From Rhina ancylostomus (taxonomy: Eukaryota), in NCBI GenBank assembly GCA_030265395.1, contig JARFYF010000112.1:51567701-51631670 (forward strand): DNA of 63,970 bases, in the 5' to 3' direction. The notes below the pieces were generated by a model, which saw nothing but the letters and a program-made list of their open reading frames with translations, had not been told where the DNA came from and did not search any database. Of the stretch, positions 51,554 through 63,970 are shown piece by piece. Position 1 is the first letter of the stretch. The number at the start of each line of letters is the position of its first letter. The position numbers and the translations under genes are program-made.

Positions 51554-54500
51554 GTAAGTCCTCCCTGTTTGTTCAACTGAAATGAAAAGTTAATGATGGA
51601 GTCATGTAGCATGTAAAAGTTTCCTCAGGTTATCATATCAACGACATCTATCATAAATCCACCTCAACAAATCTTATTCCTGATGAAAGGTCTCCTCCTG
51701 AAACGTCGAATGTTTATTTCNNNNNNNNNNNNNNNNNNNNNNNNNNNNNNNNNNNNNNNNNNNNNNNNNNNNNNNNNNNNNNNNNNNNNNNNNNNNNNNN
51801 NNNNNNNNNNNNNNNNNNNNNNNNNNNNNNNNNNNNNNNNNNNNNNNNNNNNNNNNNNNNNNNNNNNNNNNNNNNNNNNNNNNNNNNNNNNNNNNNNNNN
51901 NNNNNNNNNNNNNNNNNNNNNNNNNNNNNNNNNNNNNNNNNNNNNNNNNNNNNNNNNNNNNNNNNNNNNTCACAGTAAAGGTTGCACAGTCTGCAGAAAC
52001 ATTGCAGGATTTCAGGCTCACTTGAGCTCCGAGACTGCATCATTGACTGTTGTGCAAATTTGCGCCCCATGTCCTTATGTATTTCTTTCCACAATAACGA
52101 TGTCTTGTAACTCTTATTGACAAAAATTCTTCCAAATAAGTACCACTTATTTATTGCTAGTGTTCACAGGACTCGGTAACGTGAAGGGCAAAAACTGAAA
52201 AAAAAGGAATTTTTACAGTGCTCCCAAGAGAAATTTCTTGATTACACGTCTCCAGCCCGAACAGAGGCAGACTATCTTGCAGGGCTAAAAGGGTGGAGAC
52301 CGAAATATAGCAGGATATAAATGTCAGGTACTGGTTCTTAACAAGAACCACTGAGGTGATTTTCCGAAAATTCAGAAGGGATCTAAAACATTTTTAGACA
52401 TAACAGAGAGGGTCAGTGTTCAAAGTACGATTGATTTCATTGACATTCCGAAGTGCCACATTGTAAACATGCCCTCGGGATTGAAAACTATGGGAGAAAA
52501 GGACGTCTATCTCTATGGGTAGATAACTAGCACAATGACAAGAGACAACATGGGAACCAACAGTCATTTATAGGATTAATATAAGTACTTAATGAAGTTC
52601 TCGATGGAATCGTGTCATCCCACTGTATTCTACCACTTAGTGATTGGGCTTTTGTGTATCAACACATGTTAAGCCATATGAAGTACAACAGAGTTCGGCA
52701 TTTGTCTCAGCCAGCAGCTGTGCCACATAAGATCATGATTATTCTGATTGCCATACCGCCATTGCATTCTCCTTTACCAGTTGTAGCCTTTCATATCTTG
52801 TTATTCCAGTATGTTTCTACTTGTTGCCACAGACATATTGATATTTCCCCTTTCTTACTTCTGAAAGAAAATTTCAAAGCATCACAACGATCTCCCCGAA
52901 ACGAAATTTAATCCACAGTGAAATAGATAACTCCTTATTTTAAAACAATGATCCATAAGCTTCTGAAAGCAAGAGCTATTCTTTTTGCAACCACATTGTC
53001 AAGATAACTCACCATGTTATGCGGTTCAATCAAATACATCCTTTCACGACCAACTGGTAGTGGTTTTAAGCCTAGCCTGTACAACATTTCTTCTTCAGAC
53101 GCTTCAGTCCTCCATGTACTGTTTGCTAAATATCATTTGAACTTTTTTTCCATTCCCTTCACACCTATATTCGCACATAGATATCTGCGCTATAAACAGT
53201 TGGCCAATATTACATGCAGCATAACAACCACATTTGTAGATGACACCTCATGTGGATCAATGAGAACAACGCAATAGGCTTCAAGAGATATGGGCAGGTT
53301 ACTAGAATGAGTCCATAGGTTCCAGATGAAAATAACTGGTCTAAACAGATAGTTTTGTTGGAAGGTTCAGAAGAGACGGTAGTTTCAGGAATGAAGCATA
53401 CCTGAGGGTGCATCAAAAGACAGATAACTGGGTGTGTACACACGTAGATCATTCACGTCCCCAAGCAAACTGACAACATTTTCAAGCAAATTTAAAGGCT
53501 GAAAGTGGCGCAGTGGTTAATTTTCCAGAAAATAATCCAGAGATCAGCACTAATAATCCAAACGCCAGAGTGAAAAAGCAATCATGACACCAACGGATAT
53601 TTGATGTCATTTACCAATCTATCCAGAAAACAATTTGTAAATAGAAACACCTGTTTCAACAGTGTTCGTCAGTGGGTAAATTCGGCCATTCTGTAGATGA
53701 TATCAGATCATGCACCTCATAGCTGACTCTTAAAATGTTCAAATACACCAATTGAATGTCACCTTCTCAAGAGAAGACAGGGAAAGAAAAAAGACATCAA
53801 TGTTGCCAGTCAGGATCAGGTGCCAACAAGAATTGCATCCTCCGTTTTATAATAGGACCAAAACGTACTAAAGAATGTAACACATCTATTCAGCTTCAGC
53901 TGGAATATTATGTGTATTCTCATACGGTAAAAATCGGGGCACGTGCGCATATTAAAAATGACCGAAATAATTTATAGGATGGGTCCTCTGAGTTATTTAA
54001 TTGGACTGGAGTGAAGCAATTATTTACCTTGGAAGAGGAGATGTTGAGAAGGAACTTGATGAATATAATTAAAATTAGCAAATGTACAGGCACAATAGGT
54101 AGAAATAAGTTGTTCGAAAAGGTAGAAACGTGCAGGAAAATGAGAGATATGATGAGTGCAGTGCTAAAATCGAGGTCATTGGAGAATCACACCATTTTGT
54201 TCAGCGAATGCTGGTGGTGTGAAATGCGTTACAGGGTGTTAATGGAGGTAGTATGAATTGCAATATTCAGCTGGGAGCTGGATGCAAATTTGAATGAATA
54301 AAATGACGGCAGTTAGGGGAGTCCAGTGGAATGGGACTAACCTGATTGACCTTGTATATTCTGTTGATATGGGCATAATTATTCGCGTCTCCTGCCTTTC
54401 GAAACCCGTTTGTGATAATGTGATGTGAACAGCGTTCTATGGAGGGGAAAGGTTTAGAGGAGATCTGAACAGTTATTTTTGTCACAAAGGGGTTGCTGAA

Positions 54501-54674
54501 TATCTTGAACGAGCTGGCAGGGGAGGAAATGGAAGCAGATGCAATTACAATGTAAAAGATACATTTGGCCAGGTATTTGGATGGGAAAGGAGCATAAGGA
54601 TGGTAGCCTAATATGACCAAACGTGATTAGGGTGGTTGACGTGACGAAGTGGGCAGTGAAGTATAGATTATTTG

Positions 54675-54862
54675 TGTCATGGTTCCAAGTACTGACTCTC
54701 GATTTGGCTCCTTTGATGATGCCCTGTTTAACAGCGCATGGATTCCATGCTCGACTGATTACATAAGGACACACACCTGAGCCCCATCAGGGACCTAGCA
54801 TAAGTACCTGACTTTCTCTTGCACGAGTTGCCAGAGTATTGGTCAACCTTTGGGTATACTTG
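54675..54862 (+). mobile_element. Truncated copy of ~406-bp LTR family
   Basis: Starts tgtcatggttcc; matches the reverse complement of ~57020-57206. Confidence 0.8.
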
Positions 54863-56305
54863 ATCTTCAATTCAATGACGTGTAGAACTGATTGGTTCAA
54901 AATTCCAACAGGCTTTTACAGTTATCCAAATATTTCATCGAGTTCAAGAAGGCAAGTTGATTCAATAGTTTGTGCAATTAATAAAGCAGAAGTCACAAAT
55001 TGAAGATCACGGTTCATAAAACCAGGATGTAATGCATGATGAACGTCCGGTCAGAGTGCTGCATGGTTACGTATCACATCGTGGCGTAGAAAATGAGTTG
55101 GAGAGAAGAAAACAAACATAGGAGACAGAAGGTGGACCAGGAGATTTGGTCCAGAGATTGCCAAATTAAAGCATGATTATTCATCGATATCATCAACATA
55201 ATGCCCTGTTCCTTATCCTTTTATTTTTCAAATATGCAATAGTCTGTCAAAATGGAACTTGAGTCGAAAGAACGCCCATCCCTCCGAGATATAGAATTCT
55301 AAATATTCACTATTCTCTGAAAAAGGAAGGTTCCCTTCAATTCCGTCTTAATTCTCCTTTCTGTCATTCTGAGGCAGTGACCCTGAAGTTCAGATTCATT
55401 GACTGAACATTATTTTGGAAGTTAAGCTGTCAAGCTCTAAAATAATGTTGATTGTTTCAATGGGATCACAGTCGAAGTTGGAAAAGAATCTACTCTTTCT
55501 CTATTCAAATGACGGATTCGCCATTCCCGTCAACAAGGCGAAGGCTTGCCGAAATACGACTCTGGCAAATTAACCCTTTAAAATACACGAATCTTCTAAA
55601 TTGTTCGCACCAAATCACTATATAACGATCGAATTACAGGAAGACTGCGTTATTTCTGTGTTCGAATAACTCAAGCACAAGTAGGAACGTAGAGTGCCCC
55701 TTTTTAATTCTATTTTGCTCCAACATTTCTATTTCCTGATATTTATACACACAACCCCTCAGGTACCTTGAATCGTTAAACAATCCGCACTTCCTCACAT
55801 TCCAAACTGTGCACAATTTCTATATTTTTTTTCTTTTGGCTTAAATGAATAGACTCACATTTTTCCTCATCACAGTTTATCTGACGTTGTTTATTGTCCA
55901 GTTGAAAGCCTACGATATCGTTACTACATCATTGTATTCAAGGCCGAGATGTGAATGTTTTGATGCCTCTTTACATCCACACAGTATTTGGAATTCCATA
56001 GTTGAAAACAGATGGGAGAATATTGAATTCTCTCCCTTCAACCACTTTATCGGATTATAATGAGAATAATTAGCGCGAACGCACGATCACTATAGAATTC
56101 CGTGAGTTATTTCCTGCAATTCTAAGAAAAGCCCTACATTCCGAGTTTTTTTTTTGCTAACCACCTCTCAATCCACGAAATTATACAACATACAGTTCCT
56201 CTAATCTCGATTAACAACATCCTGCCAAGTAACACACACATGACTTCCAATCCATGTTCTCCTGAACGTCTAGTATCTTCATTTTTATATCTCCTCGAAT
56301 ACCGC

Positions 56306-56372
56306 AAAAATATTATGCATACGCGATTAACACTTTCAAAAATACTATGCATACACGATTATCACTATCAAT
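56306..56372. repeat. Imperfect tandem duplication, ~32-bp unit
   Basis: aaatattatgcatacgcgattaacactttcaa / aaatactatgcatacacgattatcactatcaa. Confidence 0.8.
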
Positions 56373-56800
56373 TTGCAAGCTGAATATGCTCAATCTCATT
56401 GTTTTTTTTATGCGGCTACACATTGTTTATGACATTGTTCAACGTTTTCCCAACGACTTGCTGTTACGTTAACTGAGTTATGGTGTCGTGTTTTTCGTCT
56501 CCGCCTTTGCTAAGTGGAGCGATTACATATTTTATTCTTTAATCTGCAGTAAACAAGTCACAATCAAAATATTTTTGGAATGTAATAACGATAGCATCAG
56601 TTTTATTTATATCTGCCACTTTCAAAATCAGACCATAGCATGTTACTGGTCGTGAATTGATTTTGAGAGCAAAATTGTTGCATTTTTGGGAGTGTCCTTT
56701 GCAATCTAGTGTACATAATTGCTCCACTTAAATTTTGATGAAATAATATATTTTTCTGTGCTCCTGCTTTGAGGTCCTGAACAGGAGTTTAAAGCCAGAA

Positions 56801-57206
56801 TGTCACAATGTCGATCGAGAGCAAACTCACAGAGAACCCAAATGCGACACACTGATACAAGACTGGAGACAGGATACTTCCTCAGGACAAACGCAGCCAG
56901 TAACTGGAAGGAATCTTGCCTCGGAGATCAGAAGAGGAATCCCAACACAAACTGGATCTTCATAAAGGAATGGAGAACACAGGACTGCTCTAGAGTAAAC
57001 CTACTCTAAGCAACTGGAACCAAAGTATACCTAAAGGTAGACCAATACTCTGGCAGCTAGTGCCAGAGAAACACAGGTTCTTATGCTAGGCCACTGATGG
57101 GGCTCAGATGTGCACTGTTATCTAATCAGTCCAGCATGGAATCCATGTGTTGAACAACAAGGCATTAATGGAGCCAAATTGAGGACCAGAACTCAGAACC
57201 ATGACA
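56801..57206 (-). mobile_element. Complete solo LTR, 406 bp, with 4-bp TSD
   Basis: TGTCA...TGACA inverted termini, flanked on both sides by AGAA (56797-56800, 57207-57210). Five other partial copies in the window. Strand is inferred. Confidence 0.85.
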
Positions 57207-60200
57207 AGAAATCTGCATACGGCCCCGGAAAACGGACGGAATTTCCTCACGGACGTGACTCCTGCGTCGCAGATGTTGCAAAGGCTTTGGGATGCCGAAA
57301 GGCAACTCGATTTCTATGAATACACTGCTCCTGAACTGCACTTGTCTCCACAGCACTGTATGGGTAGTTCATTTGGGTGTCTGGTCAATGGAGACCCCGT
57401 AATGCTGATGCGGCAGTCGTCAGTGATGCTGAATGCCATTATATTTCAACGATATCTGTCTCGGTTCTCCTTTATTTGAGTTGATCGTAACCTCGCATTA
57501 CTGCACGTAATTTAACAGCCATATTTCAATGTTCTGTGGCACATGCTGCATTGACGCATGAATTGTTTCATTGATCTACAAGTTGTCAATTGAACTGAAC
57601 ATGGTGCGATTATCAGTGAGTCCGCCACTTATGATGTTGGGAGTGTCAATGATGAAGCAAAACTCGAGGAGGTTCGGTCTCGGACATTACCCTGCAGAAC
57701 TCTATAATAATGACCTGGAGTGGCATAATTTATTGAACTTCAAACATTTTCCCTCACACGAGTAATGACTCCAAACATCGATTCTTTCCTCCAAACACCG
57801 CAGTCATTGAAATGTTCGTTTGAGGGCAGGTGCTATTGAACGTTCAAGTTTACGTGAAGGTTTGCTCTGGTTGGAAAATCTAGAAGCCGGTGTCGCTGTT
57901 TAAAAATAGAAGGTTGGCCCATTTCAAACAGGGATGAGCTAATCACGTCTTTTCTCTCTGAGGGTCATGTGTATTTGAAACTTTCTCCACAAAGGGTCTA
58001 CCAGGAGAAATCATGCATCTTTCAATGCAGAGCTAGATAGAGCGTTAATACGCAAGCAGGTGAAAGTTTGCCATCGTTAGAATTATTTAAAAAAAGCTTT
58101 TCGAGTATGGGCGCGACCTCAGTATTGTTTGACAGTACATGGAATATGTGGGAAATCAAGCGGGGTGGAAATGGAAAGGAGTAAAATTGTGCTACACCCG
58201 TACCATACCTTGGCTGGCATACCCTTATTTTACTGGTTAAAATTCAGCTTCACTCGTCTAGTCTGATATAGTTAAATGAGGAAAGGCGGGGGTAGAATAG
58301 AACGGAGGATCGTTAAACCTTATTAATTATTTATAATTGCTCACATGCTCTATAAATATTATGAACTTCAGTCTCCATGAACAAGACTGGCTTTGTTCCA
58401 TGAAATCTGGTTAGGTTTGTAATACATTATTGTCAAGAAAAAAATCATTTTCATATAGTGAGTGAACCAGCACAAGGTATAAATTAGTTTGACCTTGTCC
58501 TCAGCAATCCATTCGTGGCAGGATATACTGACCCCTGTGGGAAAACGAAGAAAAGCGTTGTGCATTGATTGTGGAGACAAAGATTCGTATTCACATTAAG
58601 GACACTATTCATCATTTCTTGTGCAGTTGTATAATCGTGCTAAATTTAGTAGATTTAATGCAAAAGTAACAGCTCAAATTGTCTATCCACTAGATATTGT
58701 GGACCAAATATTTACATCATCCTTACATGTAAACTCATGGTCCCACATATTCTTCGCGCTGTCGTTTCTGACAAACCAGGATATGATTCTTGACTCAAAG
58801 GGAAATGTAGGGAGCTAAACAAGGAAAATAACTGAGCATACCCTGAAGTTCCGATCTTGTGAAGCTACAACTCAAAACTAACCTGCAAAATTTGCGCAAA
58901 TACATTATGTAATAAAGACGATCACATATTAAGATTTGCAGCTATACACAAGGGAGACAATTAAATCGAGGGAAAGTGAATGGGTCTCCAAAGATATCTC
59001 TATATGCATCGAAGGTGTTGTGCAGCAGGTGCGTGGTAAAACAACCCTGGAGTTTATAAAACCACGTTAAGCAAGCAGTTCTGAACAACCGATCCAACTT
59101 TCCATCCTATTGGGAGTCTTACCATCAGAGAAATAGATGGTTAGCCAGCTTTATCCGCTCTATATTGCCAGAAGTATTGGCGCAAAATGTGTGAGACACC
59201 AAGCGCTAAAGGACAGTCAGCAACCCAGCAGCAGAACTGAATGCCGGCATCCTCGAACTAGTACTGCATCCAGTCAATCTATTGTTAAAATGATCATGTA
59301 AATTAGTCTGTAACTTGGTCTGTCAACATGGAACTCTGGTAACGCCATGGGCATCAAAGGATAAATATAACAAAGGCAGGAGATACATCTCCATGAAAAC
59401 GACGGTCACACTTCTGGAAGTCATCTTCACCAGTCTAAGGATGTCACAACAAGAGTGACTCAGGTACAACCATGTTCATCTGCATCATTATTGGACGTCC
59501 TGCCATCTTATGTTCAAAACTGTTGCTATTCATTTACGGTCGCACAATATGCCAATCCATTCACACTCTTGATCAATATCATGAGCATCACTGTTAATTA
59601 GAAATTCAGCTGCATCAGCCACCAAAATGCCATGTTGGACCAGAAGATGTGCATATTCAGAAAATGTCTCCGTTTCTGACAACCAATTCTTTTTAGCCAT
59701 CGATAAGGCACATTTCACGAGGAGGACGTAATATTTTTCACCTCATTAAGTGCAGCTCCAGCAGCATGCAACAACCTTGAAAGCATGAATTTCAAAGTAG
59801 CCTACAGGATTGTCCATCAAACATCCAAAACGATAATTCACTTCACCACTCGCCCTCAGTTGCTGTCGTTTATAGTATCTTCCAATTCAGGCCGTTACTC
59901 TGGCCGACTACTCTGATTTTAAATTCAATCATGCAATTTCTATTGGTAAAACAGAAAAGGCAACAGAGACGGTGGACAACACGACCTGCATTTGCCCTTC
60001 CAAGTCACGCTCCATTATTATTTGTAAATATCGTCACAGGTTGTCAATTCTGGACACCATATCTCCTCCACCACCAAGAACACTGTGGTAGTATCCTCAT
60101 CAGAACGACGTCACACGCTCATTTCTGGCTGCTGAAACTCAGTTGTGGTATGCAATAAATTATATCCTGTAAGCTATGTCCAGATCTCGAAAAGAGAAAT

Positions 60201-60329
60201 TCAGCCAAAACAGGTCATTTTTTGTGTCAGCACTTGAGTAAAGCAATTGTATGTACTTTAGCTGTCACGATCTCTCCTCAAAAGATGTGTGTTCCTATCA
60301 ATACCGATCTTAAAGCGACAGTCCCTTTA

Positions 60330-61060
60330 TTTCCTGCAAATTGTGGGAACGATAATGTAACTACTCTGTTTAAGAAAAAGAGAGCGACACTTTCCAAGAA
60401 GGTACCAAGCTGTTAGCCTGAAATCGGTGGTTCATAGAAAACGGCTGAGGACTATGGTAACCTGTGTGAATTAAGACACATAGAAATTAACAATATGATT
60501 GAGAAAAGTCGATTTAAATTTGTGAATGCGATGCATATAACATGTTGAGGGATTTGAGAATGCATTTGATACAGTAAATAAGTGAGTAGAATGAACGTGA
60601 CAAGATGTATTACCTGAAGACTTCTATGAAGATCCTAAATGGGTAGTTGCCGGGTAAGATAAGAGCATGTGCAATTTTCTATAATGTACGACTGTGGATT
60701 GAATTTTGGTCAACAGATGTAAATAAATAGGAGCGTAAGGGTTTTTCTAGGGTTAGCAATGATTTATGGGATGCCATAGGATATCTGTGCTTTTGTGGCA
60801 TTGATTCGCAATTGAATTTGAGTAGAAAAACAGACGGAAGCAAGTTACATATTGTTAAATATGCTGATGTCATGAAACTACATGGGAACTGGAACGATGG
60901 TGCGGATAAAAAAAACATCGCCGCTGTTGAATTTCAGCTTTTGATTCAATGATGATAGATGGAGCATCAAACTACAGAAGCCGATGAAGTGGAAAACCAT
61001 TTGGCGAATGGATTTCAATGAAGGTAAAAGCGAGTTCGTATCATTTTCATAGAAAAAAGA
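60330..61060 (+). mobile_element. Old degenerate CR1 RT fragment
   Basis: gataatgtaactactctgtttaagaaa...aaatatgctgatgtc...tggcgaatggatttcaatgaaggtaaaagcgag remnants (NVTTLFKK, YADV, WRMDFNEGK). Confidence 0.6.
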
Positions 61061-61115
61061 AACAAAACTGCTCAATATTTTCAAATAAAGGGTATTGGAG
61101 ATTTAGAGGACTCAC

Positions 61116-61430
61116 CTGAGCAAATGACGCTGGCGGCACTTCCATGTGAGCAGCTGAACTGCTCCCAGGATGAGATAGGACAATCCCATAATCTGGATTC
61201 ATTCCCGCGGCACATGTATTTATATTTCCAGAATGGACCGTTTCCTTTCGCGAAGTGAGCTCCTCTAGGGATTCCTGTTACTGCCCCGCACTGAAGGTGT
61301 TCGCAGACCACAGCGGCGTCTTCTAAATCAAAGTAAACGTCACAAAGCTTCCCCGGCGTATTTCCCTGCTGGATTTCGACACGTCCAGAGCATCGGTTCT
61401 CCCCAGATTCGAGTCTCAGAATCTTGTGAT
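61116..61430 (-). CDS. Gene D: group-B SRCR exon, inverted paralog of 51239-51553
   Basis: Minus-strand ttgatacttag| acceptor and cag|gtgagt donor, 315 bp, open. HKILRLESGENRCSGRVEIQQGNTPGKLCDVYFDLEDAAVVCEHLQCG...YMCRGNESRLWDCPISSWEQFSCSHGSAASVICS. Confidence 0.9.
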
Positions 61431-62213
61431 CTAAGTATCAAAAACCACCTTAATATTTCTAGAGGTGTAATTAGTGCATCGTAATTAGATCACACGCAAC
61501 ATTGACACCATGTCAAGATTTCAGAGACGAACGTGCTCAATTCTTTATGAATCGTCGTCAGATGGTTCTTCGGAAGCTCTTATTTTCCATAAAGTAGTTG
61601 ACCTGAGGAATTGTGCACGCCAATATTGCTCCTGAACACTGAGACATTCCCAGCATTTATCTAGTGCACGAAAGGATCTTTAAAGTTCTTGCTGAATCTT
61701 GCTCATTCTTTTCGGTGACTCACACTCCCTTCCCGAATTTCAATGCCTCATTTGTGGCTGTGCTGTTATGAATTACTTACTGCTACCCGCATCTCATGAA
61801 GCACTGCACTCCATAGGTGGCTTCAAGTAGTTAGGCGAAGAGAGTTCATCCCTTATCCACCCATCAACCTCAACCCCCGCTTGAGCCACCTGCAACAGAG
61901 CCCAGGAATCACATGGTCTTCTGACGATATATGTGAAGAAATCCATTAACCACTGCTTCTCAGTGTCTATGATGCTTAGATATATCATAGAAGCATAGAG
62001 TAATACAGCACAATACCGGCCCATCGGCGCACCATGTTGTGCCGCCCATCAAACCACACCTCACACTATCTAACCTTTTCCTCCCGCATATCCCTCTATC
62101 CCACATTCCTCCANNNNNNNNNNNNNNNNNNNNNNNNNNNNNNNNNNNNNNNNNNNNNNNNNNNNNNNNNNNNNNNNNNNNNNNNNNNNNNNNNNNNNNN
62201 NNNNNNNNNNNNN

Positions 62214-62289
62214 CCAGCATGGAATCCATGTGCTGGACAACAAAGCATTAATGGAGCCAAATTGAGGGCCAGAACTCAGAACCATGACA
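62214..62289 (-). mobile_element. 5' end of ~406-bp LTR family (next to gap)
   Basis: ...ggagccaaattgagggccagaactcagaaccatgaca, same as 57130-57206. Confidence 0.8.
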
Positions 62290-63970
62290 CAGAAGCTATT
62301 GCATACGTTTGTTGCCCTTTGGATGTCGGTTACGGATAACTGTATTCGTAAACCAGTAGAGGCCATCTGATAAATATACCCCTACAGTGCTGTGGGATGA
62401 AAATTCCAAAAGTTAGAAACAGCGGCAAACAAGGACTAAGAACATATTTCAAAATAAGAATTCTATGTGATTGGATGGCAAAACGAAACAGTGGTGTTGC
62501 ACTGTATTTGGTTTACTTTGTATTCTTACTGGTAGAGATTTGGGGGTATGATCAGAATAGTGCACCTGAGTAAATTCCATGCAATTGCAGATGGTAGAAA
62601 CAACATGTAAATTGGGGTCGTGGTGAAGATAGTAATTGATTGTTGTCGTTAATAGAGCTCAATTGATGTGGCCCTTTGTCCTTCGTATTGTCAAGTTTCT
62701 TCTAATGTTGTTGAAGCGGGACTTAACTGAGAAATTGGAACATTTTCCGTCAGGTTTCACATTAGAGATGTTAGACAGTCTTTGATGTGTTAGGAGGTGA
62801 ATTGCTGTCTGAAACATATGCATCGATTTTAGCAAGGACATTTATGTGTCAGATCCTGCTGAGTTTCCAGTCAATTTTGGTTCCAGGATATGTTTGGCAG
62901 TGTCTTCCATGATTGTAACGTTGCTTCATGTCAATCATAATTTTGGACTATCTCTTTCGTGTGAGAGGAACTTTTCTTAATATTTTGTGACCAACCAATG
63001 ACTGGATATTGACCAAGTCTTGCGGCAAGGTGAGTCATACTGCTGTATTTGTTGAGGATTTGTGAATGCCATCGGAAATTATGTTGAAGATATGACTCTG
63101 ACCATTCAGTGATTTTCATTGATGCCCATTAACTAATTTTACCGGGACTTCATTATGCCTCATTGAGTCAACTGACATCTTAATATCATGGACAATCACT
63201 TTCAACAAGGTTGAATTGTTTTTGATGAACTTAAACTGGGCACCATGAACATGCAATTAGTGCGTATATGTTCATTCGTATCAGTATTTATGACACATTT
63301 TAGCAATGATACCTTCCATTATAGTGATATTCATTTCCACTGATTTATTAGGTGGTAGTCAACTAGACTATTTGTATTTATTTGCGTTTGAGAACGGCAA
63401 ATCATTACAAATTTCCACGTTATCTGCTGAATAATAGTGTTGCAATAAAGTTGGAACAGCTTGACATTGTTAATGGACCGTTAGTGTTAGATTTACAGTT
63501 CTGAGAGAGTATTCAATACTGTGAACTGGATATTGATGTTTCCTTCGCACCACCGTTATTTCGTATTGTCAGCCACTGCTTGATACCACATGAAGTAAAC
63601 TTAGTTAGATGAAGATTGGCATCTGTGATGTCAAGAATCTTGCGAGGAAGACCATATGGATAATTTGTTCAGCATTTCCAGCAAAGCTTTGTCGTACATG
63701 TTGCTGTTCTGTCTTTTGCATAATATACTGGTCCAAGCTATCATTCCAGATGAGGATTTTCTTTGAGTCTCATCCCTATTCAGCATTTTCTGCGTTTAAT
63801 GTCGTACTATCCTGCCAGATTAATGGGCGTCGCTTCACGTCAACCAGGTCGAATATATTCTGACCAAATATGTACCTAAGAAACCGTTATAAAATATTAT
63901 GTTTTATAAACTGTGTTGCTGGTGCACATTGATGCCAAAATCTTATTTGGAAATTTATCGTTGCCTCTCC

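Overview
This is eukaryotic (vertebrate) draft-assembly sequence with many N-gaps. The repeat content (HE1-like V-SINE, abundant CR1, Rex1/Babar and Penelope-type palindromic repeats) suggests a cartilaginous fish; that assignment is inference. The window is part of a tandem cluster of group-B scavenger receptor cysteine-rich (SRCR; CD163/WC1/SCART/DMBT1-like) genes with four paralogs. Gene A is the intact 3' half of a type I membrane receptor at 1.3-7.3 kb: three SRCR exons, a linker exon, a TM exon with a GC donor, and a YEEI cytoplasmic exon. Gene B is a disabled segmental duplicate of it at ~19-31 kb with exon-removing deletions. Gene C is the 5' part of a paralog at 41-51.6 kb whose first two SRCR domains are shortened by paired cysteine loss. 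Gene D is an inverted paralogous exon at 61.1-61.4 kb. The most unusual non-coding item is a Gypsy-type LTR element (minus strand, 34.8-35.8 kb) whose tRNA-Pro primer-binding site extends into a ~60-nt copy of the tRNA, with a GGG anticodon and a CCA-like end, followed by a second partial PBS. Also present are an orphan CpG-rich promoter at 31.9-32.1 kb and six copies of a ~406-bp LTR family.
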